NCBI RefSeq assembly: GCF_018977255.1
Contig: NW_024704761.1
Span: 9,734,001-9,798,000 of the forward strand
Reading direction: 5' to 3'
Origin: Callorhinchus milii
Lineage: Eukaryota
DNA: 64,000 bases
Shown here in pieces: positions 51,801 through 63,800 of the stretch; within the stretch, counting starts at the first letter, position 1, and the number at the start of each line of letters is the position of its first letter. The position numbers were made by a program, and so were the translations under genes. The notes under the pieces are model-generated. The model was not told the origin of the DNA. It made no database searches and saw only the letters and a program-made list of their open reading frames with translations.

Positions 51801-54800
51801 CATCAGTCAGTGGCAGATCAGTGTTTATAGTAAAGAGTTGGTCCTTTGTAATAATTAGAACCAGAGCTGTTGTAATTAACAACAACCACAAATTGGACTT
51901 ACATGGTGCCTTTCAAGTCGGAAAGACGTCCCAAGGCACTGGACGGTTTACACAGGATCTGGGGATTGGATACGAGAGGGGTGGTGTTAAGCAAACAGTT
52001 CAGATAATTAGAAATCATACAAAATACAATTGTCTTATAATTGGGTTATACAACTGTATGCAGAATTACCTGACCTAAAGCAACTCATAAATTAATCGCA
52101 ACATAAATTAACGAAATTCTGGAAAAATATTGCTCAGAAGCAGCAGAAACATTCCAGCTAAGACACTGGGGTTTGATTTGCTTGATTTCTTAACAGATTC
52201 CTCAATAAGAAATGTGTAAAATGTGTAAAAATCCAACGTCTAGAACACTGAACTTGTGTCCTTTGCTTTCCTGTCATTAGGAATTTCTTGTCTTTTTCTC
52301 TTAATAAAGAAAATGGTGGGATGAATCAGATATGTATCACTATACGATTAAGTGCACTTAATTCTGAAAACTCTAATCCTATTGCACAATGTGATGTATT
52401 GTTTCAGGCCCAGCAGATGACCATTCAGGCCATGTCAATGACCCAGCAACAACAACAGCAGCAGCAACACCAGTGGCAGAAGCCACATGAGGAAGAGGAG
52501 GCAGCCCCAGTGAATTCCAGGACAAAGAAATTCATAAAACACACCCCTAAACCTCCAGTACAACCCGTCATCTCTACTCCGCCCATTCAGCCAAAAACAC
52601 CCAGTGTGAACAGGGAGCCTGAAGTCATCAAAATACCTATTATAGATCTGAATAAGCCACCCAAAGAGAAGGTATGTGTTTATTATCCTCTGACCCCAGC
52701 GTGCTTCCTGTCTAACCCTCGGGGTCACATCAGCTCTCTGGTCTGTTCAGAGTGCAGGAGAGCCAGTGTCAGTTGTGCGTGCTTCCTTTTGCTCAGAAGA
52801 GAAAGCCCGGGTTGGGTCTGATTTTCTTCTTTGACTTTTTTGTTGTAGGATAGATGATTCTATTTCTCCCCTGAGCCTCTCTCTGGCTTTACTAACCTGT
52901 GGTCCTTCTCCCACATTCTTTCCCCTCCTGCTTCATGTCACCCATTTCTCCTACCCCATTATCAGTGGATAAGCTTTGAGGCACTTTGCACTCTGTAACT
53001 CTCTCCCAAATCCCGCCTTTTTGTTTTGTGTTAGTTTTTGTAACTATTTATGCTCTTCACAAAATAATGGTCTTTTAACACAGACCAATACCATATAAAC
53101 TCCCTTAATCAACTTGGAATGTCAACTCTTCAAAAAGGTTTTGAGGGCAATCAGGCAACCTGTATCCTCTCTGAAGCCATGTTTTTGTCTGTAGGTTTCT
53201 GTGCCTGAGAATGTTGATAACAGTGACGATGAGACTTTGTTAGAACAAAAACAATCTTTCCAGGAAAAACGACAATATTTCCAGACGAGAGGTGAGTGTG
53301 GGTGTCTCTATCTTCTTTCATTGCACTGTTGAATGCTACAACTGTAACATCAAAGGTATTGAAAGGATTCAACATTGTTGCATGTTAATGTGGTGTCATG
53401 TTAATCTGGCTCCATGTTAGTGTGGTTCCATATCAGTCTGTCTCCTTGTTAGTGGGGTTCTGAGTCCAAGGGCCTATAATGCCATTATTTCCTGACAAGT
53501 ATGGTTCCTGGGTGATTGTTTTCATGAAATATTTATTTATTTTTAAAATTAAATATCTTTGCAGTATAAAACAGTAAATCACTAAGAAATTGGAGAGAAA
53601 ACTAGATAGACCGGCATAAATATGGTCCTGCTACTGGGATTCATGGCACTAACATATTGAGGCATTTATGGGATGAACTACTTGTGGGATATATTGGCAG
53701 TATTCTGGATGTTAAAGCTTAATTGATTCCTCAGTGAATGTTTTGTTATTTGAATTATCAATAGTGATCACTAACATTAAACACTCTGAGACTCTACCCT
53801 TCATAAGGGGTGCTGTAAAAATGCAAGTTGTTGTTGCTTATCTCTGAGTTATGTTTTAGTCACAGTGTTTGCAAGGAGGCTGTTGGATCACGGTGATGAA
53901 GCATCAGCTGCTTTAACAGTAATAATAATCCTTGCATTTGTTACAGTGCCTTATCATATCTTTGAGATGTCTCAAAGTGCTTCACAGAATATCCTGTGAA
54001 GTGAACCGACCGTATATTTTGTGGCGAAACGCGGCAGCCAATTACGCACAGCAGAATAACAACAACTTGTATTTATATAGTACCCCTCAGAGTAGCATCC
54101 CAGAGCGCTTGACAGTGGTGGAGCAGAGTATAAATATGAAAAGAGCTAAAAAAAATCCTTGGATGTTTTGTCACCAAATTCTTCCAACCCTCATTGACTT
54201 GGGGAAAATAGTTGTTAATCCATGGCTGGGCTGGATGTGTGTGATTTTCTTCTCTGATCTTCTCATTCTGCTGCTCCCACTCCCCGGCTCCTCACAGGGA
54301 AGGAAGAGGCACCTGTGAGGGTGCCATCCAAGATTCGGCTTCCAAAACCTGACCGCCCAAAAAGCGAGGAGAAGACTGAGATGCCAGAGACTCAACCAGA
54401 GAAACCGAAAGGTACAGTGGAAGCCGCTTAAGCCGGATGTAGGTAAATCTCGGACGCTGGTTAAGTCGGACCAAACTCCCGGCCTCGGTTCATTTGTATT
54501 CTTACCTGTTTTAAATATGATGGTTAATCCTGACAAATGCCACCCTGGTCACCGCTATGAGTTCAAATTCCTGACTACAATCTCTCAAGAGGTGATGAGT
54601 GCTGTAAACTGACCTCAAATACTGACAGTCACAAATGCTTCTGACAGTCTGACAGTCTGACATTTATTAATGTTAATCTCTGCAGAATCTACTTCTCCTC
54701 CGCCTCCCCCTCCTCCCCCTCCGCCTGGGCCAGAGAAATCTGCCAATAAAGAGAAGAAAGAAGATGAAACGAAGAAGAGCGAAAATAGGAATAAAGAGAT

Positions 54801-57800
54801 AATTAATTCTTTGTACACACCTCCCAAACGAGTGGAACCCAGTCAGAACATTCGAGAAATAATCAAAATCTACCAGAGTCGCCCGGTTCCCCCACCTACA
54901 GAGTATGAACCGATCAGGTAAGAGCAATGAGTAGGAATACTTTCCCTCCCGCACACCCCAACCCCCCAAAAAAGGGGGTCAAGTTGTGTTCCAAACACTA
55001 ATAATTGAAACAATAATATTATTGAAAATAAAGCAGTGAAAATTGCATGTGTTCAGATCCACTGTGCAGGCAAACGACTTGAGGAAGGCCTACCTGTTCC
55101 ATCTGTTAGACCCCAATCAATCCACTTCCCCAGTACTTGGGCATTGATGTCACCTGTTTGATTTACAGACTGAGAACTTTCTGTCCAAACACAGAAGATT
55201 CTCTGTTGATTCTACAGAATGTCCACAAAGTCCTGTCACCCCCATTTTTTTCTCTTCAGTGCATTGACCAACAAATAATGATAATTGCATTCAGAAGTGC
55301 TTAGCTTTATTTAGACGTCCAGAGGATCGGTATGTGTGTGAGCACCATCATTTTTATGGCAGATAATGATTCGTCGCCATGTTCCTTGCGACTTCTTCTG
55401 TGACATTGATATTAGTGAGGAGGCGACAGCTTGTTTCAGCTCCTCCCTAGTCTCAGACCGCTGTTTTGTAACAGGGGGTGAGAGGACTTTGTGGACACCC
55501 TGTGCAAGGGACAATACAAATTTGGGGTGTTCCTCACTGTCACCAGTATTGGAGGAGTTCTGTGATGGGCTAGTATCCTCTCAATTCAATATCACTCCAA
55601 GTGACTTCCCTTTTGGTAAAACCCCCATATCTTATTTTATTATTTTTTCTACTGTCGTACATTGTACTTAGAGATGGTCCCAGCGATCTGTCGCCCAATT
55701 CCTTGAAATCTCTCACTTGGCTTGTCCCCTGTGGATTAACGCTTGCTTAGTTTAAATGCTTACTTTCCCATTATCATCACTAAAGTTTGATTCACGATAA
55801 TTAATGTTTCCCACTTGTCGGGCTCACACTTTAAATCTATCCGAAAATTCCTCACTATTTCGTCAGCCTTGATTCCTGCTATTTGGAATTCCGTACAGTT
55901 TGTCATCATTAGTAAACTTTGCTTCTTGTCCAGACCTATTACCGTACATATTCCATTCATTTTTTCCAGGAGGACAGCAAAACCATTCCTGAAGAAAAAC
56001 ACCCCCAAGGAAGAAGCGTTGAACTTATTGGGAATGAAAGGCCACAAGGTATCTGCACTGGGGTCCAATACACTTACCTGGGAGAAACAGAAAATGTAAA
56101 CTAAATTAATGGAGTTTTATAGTTCTCAGTGATTGCTCTGTCTCTGTCTCACACCAAATATGTGTATGATCCAAAAGGCTCTGACTGCTGGATCCATTCA
56201 CACCTTCAAGACTGAGGTGGATAGATATTTGTTAGGTCAGGGTATCAAGAGATAGGGGGCAAGCACGGGTATTTGGACTTGAGGTACAGATCAGCCATGA
56301 TCTTATAGAAAAGCAGAACAGGCTTGAGGGGCTGAATGCCCTCCTCCTGTTTCTATGTTTCTATGATTGCTTCATGAGTCGTTAGAGCACTCGCTTTGCA
56401 AGCGAGAGACCTAAGTTCAATTCCAGGCAGAGGGCGAAACCTTGGGCAAGTTTCCTTACTCCACACAGAGCCTAATAATAATCCTCCAAAACCAAAAACA
56501 ATAATAAATTGGTCATTTTCAATCTACGACTGTTTGTGGGACATTGCTGTGCGCAATTGGCTGCCGCGTTCGCCCACAAATATACAGTCAATTCACTTTA
56601 CAGTGTGTTCTATGAAGCGCTTTGGGACGTCCTCCCGACGTGAAAAGCGCTATATCAAATGCAAGGATTATTATTATTATTATTATTATTATGACTCTCC
56701 CTGTCTGATCATAGGAAAGACTGAGGCCTGTGACATGAGGCTTGTGAGCAGTTTCTTCAAAACATTCATTTTATGTGAATGTTGCTGTATAAATGTGACA
56801 GGCTGAGATCTTTGAGATGCCTGCCTACCTCTCTCTAAAATGAGGCGGACAGAACAAGCGAGAGGACCTAGGTTTGATTCACAGGCATGATGAAACATTA
56901 GGCATGTTGTTTTACACCACACATCTCTGTTTACCGGGCAGTAAATAGGAACCCGGATGTTAGTCAATTGGCGGATTGCATTCTGGGTGTAATAATACTT
57001 TCAAAAATAAATAAATACAAATAATAATTTGATACTTATTGCATGACTTCTTTGTGGGACTCTGCTGTGACCAATTGGCTGTCATGTTTCACCCATAAAT
57101 GATACAGTCAATTCAGTTTAAAGTATATTCTGTAAGCATATATATATGAATTGATAAGAAAATGTTCTCTTCTTCCTTTCAGAATGACTCTAACTCTTCC
57201 ACAGATAACAAGCCCAATTCTGGTCCAAAGGTTGCACCAAAACCACAACGCATCTCATCATCCACAATTCACAATGAACTGACGCTATTACTCTCACAGA
57301 CAGCCTCTCCTCCTCCTGCGCCTCCCCCACCTCCTCCTCCTCCTCCCTCACTTCCTGCACCTGTTTTGTCCAACGATTTTTCCCCACCTCAAGGTAAGGA
57401 TAAGGTCAAAGCTCAGGTCAAAATGCACATCAGATTCCCTTCAACGGGTAAATAAAATGAGCCACCTAGACCAGGTAGATCGCAGGTTCAATTCATGACA
57501 TGTGCTATGTTAGCTGATTTCAGACAGGTCAGAGAGGGAAAAGAATATTTTTCTTGAAGATGTCTACAGTAAAGAAAATCAATTGTAACTTCATATAGCT
57601 TTCAGTTCATGTTTAGGTAGCCGAAAGCCAATAAATTCCCCCAAAGGTAGAAAGACAGTATACCAGGGGTTCTTAGAAGCCAAAGGGAGGAGAATCAAGA
57701 AGCATTGACAGACACTTTGAGGAAGTGACTAGGAAATTTATATGATACTTTCTTGTGATCTTGTGGTTTAATCCTGTACCTGATTGTAAATCAGATCCAG

Positions 57801-60800
57801 CACTCCAGGATGCTACCCCACGTGAAGGGTGCTGTATAAATACAAGTTGTTGTTGATGTAAACATTCTGTGCCTCAGGCTATTCTGATTGCCGTCAGTGA
57901 AACTTTTCTTGTTGTTTTTCCTTTCCACCCAAAAGTATTTCTGGATGATGAGAATATAAAAACCCAGCTGTACAGGCGGACAGCCAGCGTTTACTTCTCT
58001 TACGTTAACAACAACTGGAAACTCTATCTGCGCAAAGAGGTACAGTACTGCTACGGTTGTTATGGTTGGTGTAGCAGGAATTTTCAGATGACACCAAGTT
58101 AAGAGGAGGAATTGTAACATCAGAGCAATAGCAAAGTTATTACAAAGAACCCCCTCACCCTTTTAATCCACATTGACTGGTGTAGCACATACTGACTGTC
58201 AATATCCTCTATAGAGGTACAGTGCACACCGGATCTGAGTAAAATTTCGAATAGAATCATAGAATTATACAGCACAGAAGGAGGCCATTTGGCCCATCGA
58301 GTCTGTGCCAGCTCTTTGAAAAAAGCTATCCAAATCAATCCCATTCCCCCCCATAGTGCAGTACACTTAAGATACATTATAGTGGAGTCCTGTAGCTCAG
58401 TGGTTGAGCACTCGCTTTGCAAGCGAGTGACCTGAGTTCAATTCCAGGCAGAGGGCGAAACATTGGGCAAGTTTCCTTACTCCACACAGAGCCTAATAAT
58501 AATCCTTCCAAAACCAATAATAAATGGGTCATTTTCAATCTACGACTGTTTGTGGGACATTGCTGTGCGCAATTGGCTGCCGCATTCGCCCACAAATATA
58601 CAGTCAATTCACTTTACAGTGTGTTCTGTGAAGTGCTTTGGGACGTCCTCCCGACGTGAAAAGCGCTATATTAAATGCAAGGATTATTATTATTATTACC
58701 ATTGACACATGAAAAGTCATTTTGCTCATCGCAGTTCATGTTATCTGTTTGTAATTCTTTAATTACATTCATGCTTATTGTTAAATGCTTAGATTTAATG
58801 TTACCTGATACGAGTTAGCCTTGCCTAGCTGTAGTTGGTGTTAATTGTCACCAAACCAGCAATAATTACCTTGAGACAGTGAAGATGCAGTGAATGGTGC
58901 TGAGGTTAGGCAGGGTGGTGAATCTGCTCATCTTTATTATTATTATTTATTTATTATTATATATTATTATTTAGCTGCTCTGCACTCCTGAGCAGCAGTT
59001 TTCATTTACTTCCAACTTCCAAAAGGTTTCTGTTACATTCATGAAATAATCGAGTGATTGCAGGGTCTATTAAATGTCTGCAGAATTTATTTCAGAAAAT
59101 AATATTTTACAATATATGAGTAATTTCGGAGATGACATATAAGTTAGTGCACTATGATTGGAAGTACCAGTACAGGATCTAAGGTTCCCAAATCTTTCCA
59201 CTCTGTCATAGATTAATCCACACAGAATTGATTGCTATCAGCATCTCCATTATTGTAGCATGATGGAAGGTGAACTGGATGGATTTTGGTGTTTTTTCAT
59301 CTAGCAATTCCTATGTTGGTTTGTCTAACTCCAAGCTTGTTCCCTGCAGCTGTTTTACCCACGAGAGAAGTTTAATGATCCCTACATTCTGAATCTGATA
59401 TGTGAACAGGTAAGAACGATCGAACATTAGACTCTCATTGTACACAGTCTGGCAAAGGAGCAGGATCCAATGAAGGGGGGGATACTGGCGGATGATCCGG
59501 CCAGCTGTCTGAATGGGTTTGTGTTGTGGGCTTGTGCCACCTGGAAGCTGGGTTGGATGATTTCCAATTAGTCCCTTTCAGGCAGCAGATAGAGTAGACT
59601 TGCGTTCCTATCAGCTCCGATACAGTCGTGAAAGGACAGTGCGATACCAGAGAAGCTACTTTAAATTACTTGTTGGTTGCTGGCCTTCAATCCTCCTCAT
59701 AGATTCCTTGAGAGTCCAAATGTCTGTGTAACAAGACTACGTACACACATCTGTACTGAGGGCTTGGTGTTTGTCTGGCCTGGTTGACAGATCACAAGAA
59801 AGGTCGGATAAGAAAGCCCTTCAGACCTTTGATCTCATCCTTCAGGAATCCCATTTTCCCTTCACACCAGCGAGCTGTTCCTTTAAATGATTTAAAATGC
59901 CCTGAACCTTTTTTTGCTGAAATAACAACAACAACTTGCATTTATATAGCGTCCCACACACAATGTAAAGTCCCAGAGTGCTCGGCCTTTGGAGAAAGCC
60001 CTTGCAATCTGGCCATCACTCATCACCTTGGCACATTCTTCCGACATGAAGGGCGCTATACAAATGTAATGTTGTAGTGTCATTTTGTATTGTATCACTC
60101 CAAGCTGCTGTGTGCTTGTGACTAACAAACTATCTTCTTCTCAGATCGTGCGGGACACTTATTCCAATAGCTGTGCGCGTATCTCAAAGGATGAGCGGCG
60201 GAAGATGCGTGATCTGCTCAGTAAGTGTGTAGGGAGACTCCACATTCCCGTATAATGCATGCGTGTCTATCAGATGAGAGGGATCCCTACACATGTTAAA
60301 TGCCATTGAGCAAGGGAGTGGGTGCACTTCAGTGACACCATCTACAATGTGATGGGCTGTCTTGTGATGGGCTCCTGTCTCCTGGACAAGAGTAATGTTT
60401 GTAACTGATGGGTGGATGAGGCCGGTGGGGTTGCGGAGTTGTCTTGGCTCTGTTTACAAGCTTATTGTCTGTAGAGACAGGGGACAGGGGCGATCTCCCA
60501 ATGGGTAAATACATCAACTGAACAAGATCTGGTAGAAATCTCTGCCCCAGGACTTTGGTGGAAGGGCTTACTGAATATATGAAATGGCTTTGGTTTGTGT
60601 TCTGTAAGCAATGTATGACAATTTTGGAACGTTCCACAAGTAGTGTGTAGCTCAGTGGTTAGAGCACTCGCCTTTCAAGCGAGACACCTGGGTTCAATTC
60701 CAGGCAGTGGCAAAATGTTGGGCAAGTTTCCTTACTCCACACACCTAATAATAATCCCTCCAAAACAAAACAATGATAAACTGGTCATTTTCAATCCGCG

Positions 60801-63800
60801 ACTGTTTGTGGGACGCTGCTGTGCACAATTGGCTGCCGCGTTTCGCCCAAAATATACAGTCAATTCACTTTTCAGTATATTCTGTGAAGCGCTTTGAGAC
60901 GTCTACAAGACGTGATAAGGCGCTATATCAAATGTAAGGATTATTACTATTATTATGTTTACTGCATAAATTAAGAGATGGGGCATTTATTCAGCAGTAT
61001 TCAATTCAGCAATCTGCACTGTGCTTACATGATGGATGGACAGTGGTACAGTATAGATTCTACATAGAGTGAGTTGCACAGACTTACTGCTGTTGTATTA
61101 TACGGACAAAGTGATAGAACCATTACAAAGCAGCACAGATCTGTGACACAGACACAACCACAGACACACGTGCAGCTTACAGTGGAGTCTGGATAACCTT
61201 TATTTTCTTCTCAACAGCTGAACTGAAGGTTGGGACGAACATCAGGTCAGTGCAGGACGATGGTTTGAAAAGGAGGATTGTGGTGGCTGCACGTGACAAC
61301 TGGGTCATGTACTTCTCACGACTCTTCCCTGTTTGTGTAAGTATGAGAGGGTCTCCATCAGAAGCACATACTTAGGCAGGAGCATGGTAATATGTACTTT
61401 ATACATAATACACACAGCATACAGTAGTATAATATATAATTTTTTTTCCTCTGGTTATCTGGGTACCTGACACATGTGGAAACCCAGCACTATGCTAAAG
61501 AATGGGGAGGTGACCGTAGAAGAGGAAGGTCTTCAGATGCAACCTGAAGATGGGGAAGGAAGGGGTGAGGCAGAGGGAGGGATAGAGGGAGTCAACAGGA
61601 TAATTGTGATGCAGTCGCTGTGTCAGACTAAAATGTGCTAAATGTAGCCGCTCCTCTGTGTGTATGTTTTAGGGGGAGATTGACAACAAAGTGGAGGTTC
61701 TCAGCATCTCCCATCGAGACATCAAACTGCTAAAGACCACAAAAGCAACAGGGATGAGCCCAGAACATTACAAGGTGCTGCAGAGCTACAGGTGAGAGAC
61801 TGATGAGGGCCTATCCGTGTATGACTGATATTTCTTCTGTATGATTGAGTATGTGTCTGGGTGAGTCATTTCTTAACGAGCAACCTTCATTTCATTTCTA
61901 ATCAATTATATTTTATAAAATACATATTTTCAGAGCATTTATTTTGCATGATAGGGCACTATGTAAATTCTTTATTTTTATTATCACCACAGCTTACACA
62001 ACTTGCTTTATATAGCGCCCCGCGTGAAGGGCACTATATAAATGCAAGTTGTTATTATTCAGTCACCCACCTACCTCTATCCTCCCTGCCCTCCAAATCC
62101 CTGACTGTCCAGCGCCTTGGGATGTCCTCCTCATGCGAAAGGTGCAATACAAATGTAATTTGTTGTTGTTGTTATCCAATTCCCTTTTAATGCTCTGTAG
62201 ATTAGCATGCATAGCATCCCATATCAAGATCTCTATAGGTTCCAGAATGCTGCCCCTACAATCTTCCATTACAGCATTAAACTGTTTCTTCAAGGAATCT
62301 AGTATCCTAGCCTGTACCTTCCCAGTTTTCCCTAGCACTATAGATATTAGATTAACCGGTATTTACTGTAACAACTGTCTGTGTTCCTGGCAGCTATGTG
62401 GATGTGCTGAGTGTGAAGATCGTGGACGAGTCCACACTAGAGTTTATGGTGAAGAACGAATCACTGATTCTGTTTACTGAGAAGGCTTCCCAGGTGCAGG
62501 CGCTCGTCAACTTCTTCCTGGTTGAACTGCGGAAGGTACGGAATGAGCTCTTGTACGTGGAGCAGTGGTGGCATGTCTTACACTGGGACTGATCAGTGCG
62601 TTAGGTACCAAGCTGTTCCTTACTGGAACAAAAGGCAAAATACTGCAGATGCTGGAAATCTGGAAATCTCCATACCTGCTGAGTGTTCCTCGCCACTTCT
62701 GATCTGTAGGGCAGTTGTGTGGTGCAGCTTCTGATGTCAAATATTCGGCAATATTTCCGAATTCTTATGTTTGCTTTCTGTCTGAGTGACTCACCTGACG
62801 TGACGTATGGAGGTGCACTGTGCATCTCTGGTGTGCTGCAAGATATAGGGGTACACCGACATTCTGTATCTTTGGTCTGCTGTAATGTGTTGGTTACACT
62901 GACACTGTGTCTATGTCACAGGACTCCAACTATGTCAGGGCTGTGAAGAGCTACATCACCGATGAGAAGAGCTTGTTAAATTTTCGGAAGGGCGATGTTA
63001 TCAAACTGCTACACATGGACAGTCTGGAACCAGGTCAGTCAGCAATTTGCAGATCAAAGACAGGAGGTCAGGTGCTGACAAGACAACAAGTAATCCATCG
63101 TAGTGGATAGGCGGCACATGTAAAAGCAATAGGACCAGTAAACAGCATGTTCAACCCCGCCAGGCAATTCAATGGATTTACACCAATTTTCTCTATCCAT
63201 TGACAGAGATTATTGTCACAGGCAAACTAACATTTGAGTAAACTGAGTATTTGAGCAAACTGAAGCAAAATTATATTAACACTGAAGTCCCTATCTATTT
63301 CTGTCTTTGAAATAAGATGACCTATTGAAAACTCTCTAATTAAGTTTAACCTGTGCCCTGTTTGCATGCCAGTAAATATGTATTTGCAAAGTGTCGAGTC
63401 CCAGAGGGCAGTTTTCCCATTAACACTATATCGTTTCACCCACAAATATACAGTCAATTCACTTTACAGTCTATTCTGTGAAAGATGTGAAAAGCATTAT
63501 ATCAAATGCAAGGATTATTATTAGTATTATTATCAACTCTCGAGACGTCACAACAGAAAGAACAGAACAGCAACGTGGGTGTTTATCAGGAAATCCCAAC
63601 AACTGATTCTGACTGGATAGAAAGAGGCCTTTCCAGAGCGAGCTTGCAGAAGAGCTGATTGTCACCCCAGAGTCTCTAACGCAGAGTCTTTCTGTTGTAG
63701 GCTGGCAGTTTGGGTCGATTGGTGGCCGGTCTGGACTGTTCCCTACTGATCACGCACAGCTAACAGTGCCTCCGGATTACAGCAACATGAAGAATGCAAC

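Noticed and set aside
58384-58455. tRNA-Ala(TGC) gene (also at 56378 and 60644)
   Set aside because: No proper acceptor stem, and it runs directly into a repeated SINE body and tail; it is a SINE head.
62625-62700. Additional hammerhead in a short Penelope-like terminal fragment
   Set aside because: It matches only the distal tail (cagatttccagcatctgcagtattttgc on the minus strand) and lacks the CUGANGA and GAAA core.
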